Of a stretch of 55,089 nucleotides of DNA, positions 26,318 to 36,201 are shown piece after piece. The stretch lies in the IMG/VR virus record IMGVR_UViG_3300028388_002422, positions 1 through 55,089 of that record; one strand, 5' to 3'. The notes under the pieces are model-generated. The model did not search any database. It saw only the letters and a list, made by a program, of their open reading frames with translations, and was not told the DNA's origin. Within the stretch, counting starts at the first letter, position 1, and the number at the start of each line of letters is the position of its first letter. The translations under genes and the position numbers were made by a program. Source of the stretch: a virus (taxonomy: Duplodnaviria; Caudoviricetes).

Positions 26318-27122
26318 TGATGGCACAATACAAGCTATCAAAGGACCCATTGCTTATTTTGGCTATCACCCAGCATTTAAAAAGAAGCAATTTGCTGTTG
26401 ATGCCAAAATGTTTGTTGCCGCACTTAAGAAATTCAAAGGCGACTTCTTTGTCTCGCAGTCAGTCGATAGAGTGGTATTTGCCGATGACCAGCAGGAAGT
26501 TGATTTTGTTCACCAACCAGCGGAAATCTTGCTTGACCAGTCTCGTATCGATTGGTGTCATTTGCCTGGTTTTGCTAACGCCTGGAATATTGCACAGAAA
26601 TTTATTAGCGCCGACTTTCCCGGTGTTCGAGTTGAAGACTATAATTATTTAGAAGTTGTATCCGATGCGTCAATTGTAAGAATTGCAACCGAAACCAACG
26701 GTATAAACGGTATTTTTGCATCTGTTAAGCTACCTGCTGGGGTTAAATTTATATCACATTATAACAATAAATTATGGTTCAGTGTTACACCAACTGACAT
26801 AATTGTTGTTAATGCACTTGATGTTGTGTTCCCAACAACAAATCGTTATTTTAACGATTGGGAACAGTATACAATGGAGTCTATTCCATATATCCTGCGG
26901 GAACGATTTGTAGAAACCGATCAAACAGTTTTTTCAAATAACGAGGTGCAATTTGTACAAAAAGAAAAAGCAACAGCTGTCGTGGAAGGCGTCTCTGGTA
27001 CTGGCACTTATAGCGGCAAGTTGTTTCGTAATATTATTGAGCATGGCCAACGGTATGCTTTTTTAGATCAATTTGTTGCTTTTGAATCTGACTGTATTAA
27101 AGGTATAGTTGCCCGTGTTTAA
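26271..27122 (+). CDS. Hypothetical protein, possibly a divergent sliding clamp
   Basis: 283 aa alpha/beta protein directly before the polymerase; FAVDAKMFVAAL, FPT motifs. Confidence 0.45.
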   Translation: MKFLTQMKSCDVVTVDDGTIQAIKGPIAYFGYHPAFKKKQFAVDAKMFVAALKKFKGDFFVSQSVDRVVFADDQQEVDFVHQPAEILLDQSRIDWCHLPGFANAWNIAQKFISADFPGVRVEDYNYLEVVSDASIVRIATETNGINGIFASVKLPAGVKFISHYNNKLWFSVTPTDIIVVNALDVVFPTTNRYFNDWEQYTMESIPYILRERFVETDQTVFSNNEVQFVQKEKATAVVEGVSGTGTYSGKLFRNIIEHGQRYAFLDQFVAFESDCIKGIVARV

Positions 27123-29136
27123 CATTAAACCATTTAAGGACATTAAACGTGGATCGAGAATTACTTTACCTCAATATAATAGATCGTGGAGGCCACCACG
27201 CGACTTCCCCAATCTTGATGCCGCGAGCACTCTGGCAATTGATACAGAAACGTGGGATCCAGAACTTATTGAAATCGGCCCAGGATGGGGTCGTAAAGTT
27301 GGACATATCGTTGGAGTCTCAATCGCTACAAATGATCACAGCTGGTACTTCCCGGTCCGACACACAATTGACAAAGAAGACAATCTCGAACCAGAAGCCG
27401 TCTTTAAATTTCTTAAAGATTACCTTGAAAGGGATACGACCAAAGTCGGAGCTAATTTAATTTATGACTGCGGGTGGTTCCTTACTGAAGGTATTCGTGT
27501 AGGCGGGCCAAAATACGATGTGCAATTTGCAGAGGCTATATTAGACGGTAACGCATATAGCTATGCGCTAGATAATATAGCTAAACACTATCTCGGTGAA
27601 GGTAAAGTATCAAATGACTTATATGAGTGGAGTGCTAGGGCATACGGTGGTAAACCCGACGGGACCCAACGGGCCAACATATATCGTTGTCCACCAGCAT
27701 TGGTCGGACCCTACGCAGAATCTGATGCCTATCTCCCTTTTCAAATCTTACGTCGGCAGTGGACCCAACTCGACCTTGCTAATTTGGTGGACGTCTTCAA
27801 ATTGGAATGTGAGCTCATTGATGTATTGGTTGACACCCGTTGGCGAGGAATGTGTATCTCAGAAGAACGCGCCGCTATCGCTGAACGAAACCTTGATAAG
27901 GTCATTAATAAGCAACAAAAAGAATTAAATGATATTGCCGGCTTTCGTGTTAATGTAAATGCTGGGCAAACTGATCTTGCTCAATTATATGATAAATTAG
28001 GAATAGAATACAATGTCACAGAAAAAGGAAACCCTTCCTTTACTCGAGACTGGCTCGAGCAACAAATTGATCCAGCTTCTCATCTCATTGTGGACATTAG
28101 GAAGAGCACTAAAGCGCGTGACACGTTTATTAAAAATGCAATCCTGGATAAACACACCAACGGAAGAGTTTACCCGTCATTCCATCCACTCAAGGGCGAA
28201 GGAGGTGGCGCGGTCACAGGTCGCTTTGCGGCGAGCAATCCGCCAGTACAACAGATACCTAGTCGTGACAAAGTCCTCGCCCCAATCATTCGTTCCTGCT
28301 TCGTACCAGAAGAAGGAATGGAATGGGTAAAAGCTGACTTTAGTTCAATTGAACTGCGTATGATGGCACATTATAGTGGCGATGCGCGGCTCATAAAACA
28401 ATATAATGATGATCCATTTACTGATTATCATGCTTATGTAGGTAAAATGCTAGGTGGTAAACTCCCTCGTATAGCTGTTAAAACAATGAACTTTTCATTG
28501 ATTTATGGTGGCGGGGTACGCACAATAAGTGTACAGATGGCGCGAATCTTTAGTAAAGAACAGCGTATCAAAATGATAAAGGAGCTCGGACACAAGCCAC
28601 TAACTAATACTGCTGAACAATTAGCTATTCTATTTATGAATATCTATTTTGAAAAATTCCCAATAGCTAAAGATTTGTTAGATGAATGTTCAGCTATTGC
28701 CACGGCTTCTGGCCAAATGCGTACAATACTTAATCGGCGGACAACATTCGATACGTGGGAGCCAGCAAGAGGTAAAGGAATACCGCTGCGTTTGGATTTG
28801 GCACAAGCTCGTTATGGACGGGCTATTCGTCGTGCTTATACGTATAAAGCATTAAATTATCGCTTACAAGGTTCTGCTGCTGACTTGATTAAGAAAGGCA
28901 TGGTGAACGCCTACAAAGCTGGTTTATTTAAATCGATACCTTTACATGGAACAGTTCATGATGAATTATGTCTTTCTTATCATCCCGATTTATTGCCTCA
29001 ATTACGTCAATTAATTGAGTGTATGGAAACAGCAATAGAATTTAATGTGCCCATTATTATGGAACCAGATAAAGGTCCAACATGGGCAGATGCAAAAGAA
29101 CCCATCGATATTGGAGAAAGAACATGGCTGAATTAA
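27109..29136 (+). CDS. polA: Family A DNA polymerase with 3'-5' exonuclease
   Basis: AIDTET, YAESDA, TGRF, ADFSSIELR, KTMNFSLIYG, LQGSAAD, TVHDEL. Confidence 0.95.
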   Translation: MPVFNIKPFKDIKRGSRITLPQYNRSWRPPRDFPNLDAASTLAIDTETWDPELIEIGPGWGRKVGHIVGVSIATNDHSWYFPVRHTIDKEDNLEPEAVFKFLKDYLERDTTKVGANLIYDCGWFLTEGIRVGGPKYDVQFAEAILDGNAYSYALDNIAKHYLGEGKVSNDLYEWSARAYGGKPDGTQRANIYRCPPALVGPYAESDAYLPFQILRRQWTQLDLANLVDVFKLECELIDVLVDTRWRGMCISEERAAIAERNLDKVINKQQKELNDIAGFRVNVNAGQTDLAQLYDKLGIEYNVTEKGNPSFTRDWLEQQIDPASHLIVDIRKSTKARDTFIKNAILDKHTNGRVYPSFHPLKGEGGGAVTGRFAASNPPVQQIPSRDKVLAPIIRSCFVPEEGMEWVKADFSSIELRMMAHYSGDARLIKQYNDDPFTDYHAYVGKMLGGKLPRIAVKTMNFSLIYGGGVRTISVQMARIFSKEQRIKMIKELGHKPLTNTAEQLAILFMNIYFEKFPIAKDLLDECSAIATASGQMRTILNRRTTFDTWEPARGKGIPLRLDLAQARYGRAIRRAYTYKALNYRLQGSAADLIKKGMVNAYKAGLFKSIPLHGTVHDELCLSYHPDLLPQLRQLIECMETAIEFNVPIIMEPDKGPTWADAKEPIDIGERTWLN

Positions 29137-29345
29137 AAATGTATGCGGTAGCACACATTAATTTTATGAATAATGAATTACATATTGAATTTATAGAAGC
29201 TGAATCAGAATTCTATGCTATGACGCAGTGTAAATTTTTTCATGAATGTAGTGAGGAAGAGTTTGAAGATTTTGGCGAGGACGAAGAGCAACTAAAACAA
29301 TTTGCTTTTGATATGGATGGAATGGTAGCAGCAAAATTATGTTAG
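29124..29345 (+). CDS. Acidic hypothetical protein
   Basis: GGAG RBS before ATG 29124. Confidence 0.6.
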   Translation: MAELKMYAVAHINFMNNELHIEFIEAESEFYAMTQCKFFHECSEEEFEDFGEDEEQLKQFAFDMDGMVAAKLC

Positions 29346-29845
29346 ACTATGTAATTGGTATTGACCCAGGGGCATCTGGTGCTTTAGCTTTATATTGCCC
29401 GCAAACAGCTGAAGTATTAGATCTACAAGACACACCAAATAGTGTAAGAATCTTAACAACAGGAAAAAGATCTACACGTATCGATGTTGGTGGTTTTATT
29501 AAAATTATCGATACATGGCAAGAAAAAGCGTTAAGAATGAATGCGCACTTACATGTACATATCGAGGATGTAGCCGCTTATGGAAAACAATCTGCTCCCG
29601 CTGCCTTTAATTTTGGATATTCTGCTGGGCTTGCTTACGGTATTTGTGCTGCGTATGGTATGGATATACTTCTTGTGCATCCTGCCACGTGGAAAAATCA
29701 ATTTGGTCTTAAAGCGTCCGAAAAAGATGAAGCCCGTATCTTGGCTTTAAAATTGTTTCCTTATTTAAACATGCATCTTAAAAGAAAAATGGATGTAGAC
29801 AGAGCTGATGCAGTACTTATTGCAGCATATAAGAGATCAATATAA
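29339..29845 (+). CDS. RuvC-like Holliday junction resolvase
   Basis: IGIDPG, HIEDV, FNFG, PATWK, RADAVLIA. Confidence 0.88.
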   Translation: MLDYVIGIDPGASGALALYCPQTAEVLDLQDTPNSVRILTTGKRSTRIDVGGFIKIIDTWQEKALRMNAHLHVHIEDVAAYGKQSAPAAFNFGYSAGLAYGICAAYGMDILLVHPATWKNQFGLKASEKDEARILALKLFPYLNMHLKRKMDVDRADAVLIAAYKRSI

Positions 29846-30909
29846 TGTTACATGAACTTGAATCTGTGACACTTTATTATCTTGGTGCTAATAATGCCAT
29901 TTACGAATGGACAATAAGCGTTGATGATAATGTGTTAATCATTAAACACGGGCAAGCTGGTGGAGCAAAAATTACAACCTATGAAGAGATAGATCGAGGT
30001 AAAGGCGGCCGGTCTCTTTATGGGCAGATTGCGTCGCGGATGAAAAGTCGTATTAATGCGCAAAAGCTGAAGGGATATAAAGGAACGGAAGAAGAAGCGA
30101 AAGAAGGCCGCACAAATGCTTTGGATCTCCCTAAACCAATGCTTGCGCAGCCTTGGAATAAAGTTAAAAATATTTTATTAAATGACTGTTTTGTTCAATA
30201 TAAGTATGATGGGAATCGTTGTTTAATCGTTCGGCGAGGAAATGAGGTATTAGCTTATAGCCGTAAAGGTAAATTAATTACTTCAATTAGCCACATTTTA
30301 CAAGACATAGACATACCAGAAGATGTCGTTATAGACGGTGAGTTGTATGCTCACGGTGTGCCTTTACCTACTATACGGTCTTGGATTTCAAAAGAGCAAA
30401 AAGATACATCTAAATTACATTATCATGCATATGACGCGATACTACCGCTCGAATATAAGTATCGACTAAAATTTCTCGAACAATGTAAATTTGGGGGGGC
30501 AGTATCAATTGCACCAACGACCTTATTTCGCGAACGCGAATTAAGTCTTAGTTCATTAATGGACGAATCTCGTAACGCAGGCTACGAAGGATTAATATTG
30601 CGGGCGCCTGGTACAGGATATGAAATTGGCAAACGATCTAAGTCTTTAATTAAAGTTAAATCTTTTCTAGACGCTGAATTTGTTGTTGAAGATATATACC
30701 TTTCTGAAAAAGGTATGCCAATGGCTATGTGTAGAGTTGACGAGCATCAATCATTTGATGTGGTATTACCTGGTACACATGAAGAAAAATTTATGCAGTA
30801 TAAAAACAAAGAACACCATATTGGTAATGTTTTAACTGTTGAATTTAGTCAATGGACTCCAGACGGAATCCCCTTCCACGCAGTTGCTAAATCTTGGAGA
30901 GAAGTATGA
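29845..30909 (+). CDS. ATP-dependent DNA ligase
   Basis: KPMLAQ, QYKYDGNR, IDGELY, EGLILR, KRSKSLIKVK. Confidence 0.92.
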   Translation: MLHELESVTLYYLGANNAIYEWTISVDDNVLIIKHGQAGGAKITTYEEIDRGKGGRSLYGQIASRMKSRINAQKLKGYKGTEEEAKEGRTNALDLPKPMLAQPWNKVKNILLNDCFVQYKYDGNRCLIVRRGNEVLAYSRKGKLITSISHILQDIDIPEDVVIDGELYAHGVPLPTIRSWISKEQKDTSKLHYHAYDAILPLEYKYRLKFLEQCKFGGAVSIAPTTLFRERELSLSSLMDESRNAGYEGLILRAPGTGYEIGKRSKSLIKVKSFLDAEFVVEDIYLSEKGMPMAMCRVDEHQSFDVVLPGTHEEKFMQYKNKEHHIGNVLTVEFSQWTPDGIPFHAVAKSWREV

Positions 30910-31127
30910 GCCTTGAAATAAATAATGTTATTTTAAAGATTGAAACTATACATAAAGATCTTGTTTTATTATATCAATTAAAAGCAATAGGTCGTAATCG
31001 TGCTGCGACTGATTTGTCGTTAAAGATTAATAATGATATGTTAGAAGCAGCTGTATTATTTGCTAATGTGACAAAAAACACATTGTCAGATGAAATTAAT
31101 AAACAGCCACAATTAAGATTAATTTAA
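30906..31127 (+). CDS. Hypothetical protein
   Basis: GGAG RBS, ATGA coupling; last gene of the rightward arm. Confidence 0.55.
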   Translation: MSLEINNVILKIETIHKDLVLLYQLKAIGRNRAATDLSLKINNDMLEAAVLFANVTKNTLSDEINKQPQLRLI

Positions 31128-31156
31128 AGAAAAAAGACCCCCCCGGAGAGGGGCCA
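31126..31156 (-). terminator. Intrinsic terminator ending the tail operon
   Basis: Minus strand GGCCCCTC-TCCG-GGGGGGTC then TTTTTT; at the convergence of the two arms. Confidence 0.75.
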
Positions 31157-31185
31157 AAGGGCGGACAACCTTATTTACAGAGCTG

Positions 31186-32649
31186 CTATACAACTACGCC
31201 TGTTGTTCTTCTATAAATGTTTAAAACTTCTGCTGAAGATAGAGCACGAGTCCAAAACGAAAAGTCATTATAATATCCTTCAAAAGTTGTACCGTTAGCA
31301 GAAGCTGGATCGCCAGTTGTTGTATCAATATTTATAAATGCTGTTGCAACATTCGGCGCGCCAGGTGTACCATCAGTCCAGTCTATGGTATAAGGGGTGC
31401 CACCACTATCACAAACATTGCTTCCATTCAAATAAAGAGTCACGCCTGCTATTGAATCGACGGTTAAACAAACATGATAAATCGTGCTTGTGCTACTTAT
31501 ATTTGGTGTACCGCTATTGTTTGTTATCATAGACGCGCCACCTGTACCTATCTCATATCCTAATCCATTAGTGTTGTGTGCTGTTATTACAACTCCTTTC
31601 CTTGCAGAACCATTCCAATCGACGGGTAAAAATGCAGCAATGACTTCTCTGCTAGCTACACTGTTATAGGATTTAACAAGTATAGAAAATGTAAAATCTT
31701 GTACTTTCCAATCATTCGGCAGACTTCTATACATATATTGGCCAGTACCGACAGCTCTATTAGAATAATCTGCTCCTAAGCTAATGCTTGGATAATCAGC
31801 AGGTACAGCTTTGTTTGTAAAATCATAACCTTTTATTGCTGGCCAAGTTACAACAACTTGAGAAGGCAAACTAAATTGATTATATGTTTGACAAGTTACG
31901 TCGTCTGTATAAATTGATGTAACGCCTTTCCGATGTGCCTCAGTTAAGCTTGCTACTTCTGTGTCACTTAAAGCATGATCAACTACAGCTATAAAACCAG
32001 TAAGTGCATTACCACTAGCTATATTAGACGGTGTTGAATCAGTCGTTCCATGTATTGTGTCTTCGTATGATGTATCGCGAGTTTCATCTTGAAATGTACT
32101 GGCCCAAGCGCTGTTACCAGTTCCAGGATTATAATTATAAACTAGATCTCCATTTATCCATGTTTTCATCCTAAATTCATTTACAAGATTACAAGTATTT
32201 ATCCACATAGCACCAAGTCCTGTAACACGGTCGCCAGGTGTTGACATTAGAAGACTTGTCGGCGAAGCACCAGCTTTCGCAGCCCATTGTACCCTAAAAG
32301 ATCCTGAACTGGGATAAAGTCTAAATCTTTCTCTTGCGCCTTTTTGTGACAACTCCATAACATAGCCACTATCTGCTGTGTTAACATTAGTGCAAAGAAT
32401 TATTGAACCGCTGGTTTGTCCACTTAAAATATCAGTTAGCCCTATTCCGCATTTTACATAGCCTGAACCATTTTGAACTATAGACGCAAAATTTTCTGAA
32501 CAAATAGAGCGAGAAGTAGATATGTTAGTACATGTACCAAAAGTAGTGCTGCCGCTTACCCAATCTTTAACATTGCCACTAGTTGTAGCGTCATCTAATG
32601 GAACTATTGCCCCTGCACCTACGCTAAATAATGCATTAATTAAATAGCC
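31186..32649 (-). CDS. Tandem LamG/concanavalin-like lectin region; in-frame continuation of 32650-36201 beyond a TAG
   Basis: Frame open from 32649 to 31186; aligns with the C-terminus of the 1697-aa paralog (WKVQD, WNGSARKGV, TIDWTD). Confidence 0.8.
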   Translation of the reverse strand, partial: GYLINALFSVGAGAIVPLDDATTSGNVKDWVSGSTTFGTCTNISTSRSICSENFASIVQNGSGYVKCGIGLTDILSGQTSGSIILCTNVNTADSGYVMELSQKGARERFRLYPSSGSFRVQWAAKAGASPTSLLMSTPGDRVTGLGAMWINTCNLVNEFRMKTWINGDLVYNYNPGTGNSAWASTFQDETRDTSYEDTIHGTTDSTPSNIASGNALTGFIAVVDHALSDTEVASLTEAHRKGVTSIYTDDVTCQTYNQFSLPSQVVVTWPAIKGYDFTNKAVPADYPSISLGADYSNRAVGTGQYMYRSLPNDWKVQDFTFSILVKSYNSVASREVIAAFLPVDWNGSARKGVVITAHNTNGLGYEIGTGGASMITNNSGTPNISSTSTIYHVCLTVDSIAGVTLYLNGSNVCDSGGTPYTIDWTDGTPGAPNVATAFINIDTTTGDPASANGTTFEGYYNDFSFWTRALSSAEVLNIYRRTTGVVV

Positions 32650-35600
32650 CTAGCCGCGATCAAATTCACCAGTACCTTTTCTTCCTCTACCCATAATAGC
32701 ACTTAATTGATATATATCAACAGCAAAGGTGCCAAGAGTATCAGTTCCATCACTCTGTTGCTGCGCTAAAGTATATGTGTAAGCAGTAGATGCTGATACA
32801 GAATATGTACCTAATACAGCTTGAGTTGATGTGTTAACTATGTCTATTTCATATGCTTCTACATCTTCATTTATTGGTCCGCCAACATTATCAGTGAGAT
32901 TATTATCCCCGCCTAAACTTCCACCTTTTCTTGTTCTGCGGGTCCATGATATATCAATATCATCACCGTCTAATACAACGTCTATTTGAATCGGACTATA
33001 TGGCAATAATTGTTGCCCAGATAGATATACTTCGTTTCTTTGAACATCAGCTATTGTTTCATAGCTTTTTAGCGTTTTGTAATAAACAGTTGTATTCAGC
33101 TGGTTTATTTGAAGTGAATGGCGAGTAATATAAGCAGGGTCAAGTTTGATTAAATAATCTTTTTCTTCATGTGAATCAATATATACATTTGTGCCACGTC
33201 TTCCACGTAATAAATTACTTAATTGATATATTGTTTGTGTTCCTGATGAAATGAGTGTGACAGTAGCAGCATTTAATAATTCCCATCTTCCTTGTCGTCC
33301 ATAAGCAAAAGCATTTATTGTTGGGTCAGCCTCTATTGCTGCTTTTGTGGAACTAGCTATTGTTTTATTATTGTATGCTTGTACAACGATAGTTTCTACG
33401 TCGTCCCAATTTTCCCATGTTGTCGAATTACTTGCTTCTTGGACAAGACCAACAAATGGTTGATCAGCTTGCGAGTCAATTGGAAAATAATTTACGTCAT
33501 CAAAAGAATAAAAATGTGTTACTTGAGGGAAGTTATCGCCATAAATGTAACTTGTTAAATATGGTCCTGGGTGGTCAAGATCAATGTCTTGTAATAATGT
33601 AACATCAATTAATTCAGTTCTTATTGGTAAAGAATAAGCTATATTGCTTAAAAAGGCTTCATTACCAAAAGCAGTAGCATTTGTCGTAGAAAATTCTGCT
33701 GCGTCAGTTATTCCTTTACATTTTAGTATCCAATTAACGCCACGATCAATACTAACAATTCTTACTCTTTCATTTACGCCATTTACTGGTAATTCTATTA
33801 TGTCTGTTGGTTCAAGATACGAATAAATAATTGGTAAATAAAATTCATAAACAGTTGTGTCAACCATTTGATTATGTAATCTTGCTACTGTATCTACTGC
33901 TTGTTGATCAGATAGAAGTAGAGCAAGTTCAAATGAACTTTTTGATAAAGCATCTCCAGTAGCATAATAAGATTGAGCAATACTTCTTGTTAATATATTC
34001 TCCAATGAAATGTAATTCATTTCATAAATTTTTGGTACAGACAAATGGTCTGGTTTAACTATTTTTACTAATGGATAGTTACTTGTTGGTCCAGACGGTT
34101 CAGTAACGTCTAAGTGTTCGGGATTTATTGTTACGTCAGTATTGCCTCCTCTTAATTTAAATTTTATTTTGTTATCACTTTGGTAACCATCTGCATTAGC
34201 AAATAATAAAAGAGCTTCAATTGCTGCTCTTGCGCTATATGTTCTATTTTTTACGTAGCCATAAATATATGATGATGTGAGACCTGTAGTATCAATTTCA
34301 TTTGTTGTTAATCCAACTTTTTGACATAGGTCAGATACTATATCACTTACTGCAATTTGGCTAGTTGTTACATATGCTGTTACTTCTCGCATTAAATATT
34401 CATAATCAGGAGCTTTATATTCCGTTAATGAGCACCAAAATGAATTTCTGCCAGGATAGTAAACAGCTGGTCTACCATGTAAACCATTCGCTGGATATTT
34501 TTTGACAGCATGGCTGTATATATTTATTCCAAAAACAGAGTCTAACGCAAGCATAAAATATACTTCGTTTGAATTTATGCTATAATCAAATACACCATCA
34601 CCATCAAAAGTGCTCCAAGTAAGGTTATTCCCAGAATCATAACCTTCTCTGTATGCATTAAAGTGATTAATAATGCTGCCATCATCTGGATTCATCATTA
34701 ATACACCAACAGTGTATCCAGAAGCAACAGGCGCTGTGCATTTGTATCCAAACCAAACTTCATTTGTTTCTTTTATATATACGCCACGTCTTACACCAAA
34801 AGCAAAATCTGCTGAAGTTACACCAAAATTAAGATAATCTGGAAAATAATTTTCATCGGCGAATGGATGAGATAGACGGAATATATTTCCGTTCGCGTCA
34901 AATTTAAAAAGCTCATAATCTATTTGATTAGAATCTTTTCCAACAAAACACCACTCAGCTTCAAACCAATTGACACAAGTAGCGGTTCTTGCTAATACAC
35001 TACTATATAAGTTGCTTGTCCCGGCATTGGTGTTTATGTTATAGGCTGTATTTACCTCTGGTAAAACTAAGCCTGTGTTTCCTTTACTTAAAACCCAAAA
35101 ACTGACGCTGAGGTTTCTAACACCACAAGGAACGTGAGAAGCTGATTGTTCGCCTAAAAAAACACCACCATCAGCTTGACTCCATGATGTTGTTCCTGTA
35201 TGCTTTCCAGAAGGATATTCAATACGATGTACTGTTGCTGTAAAGCCAGTATCTCTTTCACTTATATAAAAAGCATCAGGATAAAGTTCATAACTAATAC
35301 CAGTTAAAATATCAAAGCGGCTGTCCCATGTTGAATTTAATATAGTATCAGTTGCTGTTTCATTGATAATTGAAACATTACGTGAGCCCATGTCCGTCAT
35401 GTAAACTGGCTCAGTTGCCACGGCAGGAGTAAAGTTATGAGTTACAGTTGTTAAAAAAACATTTTCACTTGGATGACGGAGAACAGAAACAGCATATATA
35501 TTTTCAACACTACCACCATAATAAATACCTAGATCAATATCTGAGCTTGTATTAGATACTTCTGTGGACCAAAATTCTGCTTCAATATTTGGTAGTCTAT

Positions 35601-36201
35601 TTGCATAATCATTCAATAATAAAGATTCAAAAACAATCACTGTTTGATTTTTATAAGATGGACAATTGCCTTCGCCGACATCTGCTTCAATCAAAGAATC
35701 AATTTCATTTGTGGACGGCGTGTGAACCGTGAAATTAACGCCATCGCCATCAACAGCAGTTTGTGACTCTCCGGATTGATCTAAAACCAATTTTCCATTT
35801 AACCACATTCTGCGTGGTTGCGCTTCAAACATACCAAAGGAAACAGCAAATGTTTGGTAGTATTCATATCTTGTATATGTTTGCTTGGGCGCACCGCCAC
35901 CCTTGCCACCGCCTGATGATGTTTCTATTTTTACTTCTTTTACTTCATCTAACCATATAGGCACGCCTCTAATTCTACCACCGCCCCATAGCTCTGGAAT
36001 GTCCGCGCCTTCTGGCGTTCCAGCATACGTTGAATCATTTAATCTTGGCCCTTCAATATGTAAACCTTTCGGCTGGTCTAATAAACCGCCAATAACAGAG
36101 CCAGCCATCCAGCCCCATGTAGACGCAGCTACGCCAAGAAAAGTTCCACCAATTGACCCACCAATTGTAGCACCGAGAGCAGATATTGCAATTGTTGCCA
36201 T
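32650..36201 (-). CDS. Tail tip / central fibre protein B (GTA megatron-like, Phage-tail_3)
   Basis: Hydrophobic Gly-rich N-terminus, EGPRLND, GGGKGGG, NRLPNIEAE, LLRGRRGT, ISWTRRTR. Confidence 0.88.
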   Translation of the reverse strand: MATIAISALGATIGGSIGGTFLGVAASTWGWMAGSVIGGLLDQPKGLHIEGPRLNDSTYAGTPEGADIPELWGGGRIRGVPIWLDEVKEVKIETSSGGGKGGGAPKQTYTRYEYYQTFAVSFGMFEAQPRRMWLNGKLVLDQSGESQTAVDGDGVNFTVHTPSTNEIDSLIEADVGEGNCPSYKNQTVIVFESLLLNDYANRLPNIEAEFWSTEVSNTSSDIDLGIYYGGSVENIYAVSVLRHPSENVFLTTVTHNFTPAVATEPVYMTDMGSRNVSIINETATDTILNSTWDSRFDILTGISYELYPDAFYISERDTGFTATVHRIEYPSGKHTGTTSWSQADGGVFLGEQSASHVPCGVRNLSVSFWVLSKGNTGLVLPEVNTAYNINTNAGTSNLYSSVLARTATCVNWFEAEWCFVGKDSNQIDYELFKFDANGNIFRLSHPFADENYFPDYLNFGVTSADFAFGVRRGVYIKETNEVWFGYKCTAPVASGYTVGVLMMNPDDGSIINHFNAYREGYDSGNNLTWSTFDGDGVFDYSINSNEVYFMLALDSVFGINIYSHAVKKYPANGLHGRPAVYYPGRNSFWCSLTEYKAPDYEYLMREVTAYVTTSQIAVSDIVSDLCQKVGLTTNEIDTTGLTSSYIYGYVKNRTYSARAAIEALLLFANADGYQSDNKIKFKLRGGNTDVTINPEHLDVTEPSGPTSNYPLVKIVKPDHLSVPKIYEMNYISLENILTRSIAQSYYATGDALSKSSFELALLLSDQQAVDTVARLHNQMVDTTVYEFYLPIIYSYLEPTDIIELPVNGVNERVRIVSIDRGVNWILKCKGITDAAEFSTTNATAFGNEAFLSNIAYSLPIRTELIDVTLLQDIDLDHPGPYLTSYIYGDNFPQVTHFYSFDDVNYFPIDSQADQPFVGLVQEASNSTTWENWDDVETIVVQAYNNKTIASSTKAAIEADPTINAFAYGRQGRWELLNAATVTLISSGTQTIYQLSNLLRGRRGTNVYIDSHEEKDYLIKLDPAYITRHSLQINQLNTTVYYKTLKSYETIADVQRNEVYLSGQQLLPYSPIQIDVVLDGDDIDISWTRRTRKGGSLGGDNNLTDNVGGPINEDVEAYEIDIVNTSTQAVLGTYSVSASTAYTYTLAQQQSDGTDTLGTFAVDIYQLSAIMGRGRKGTGEFDRG

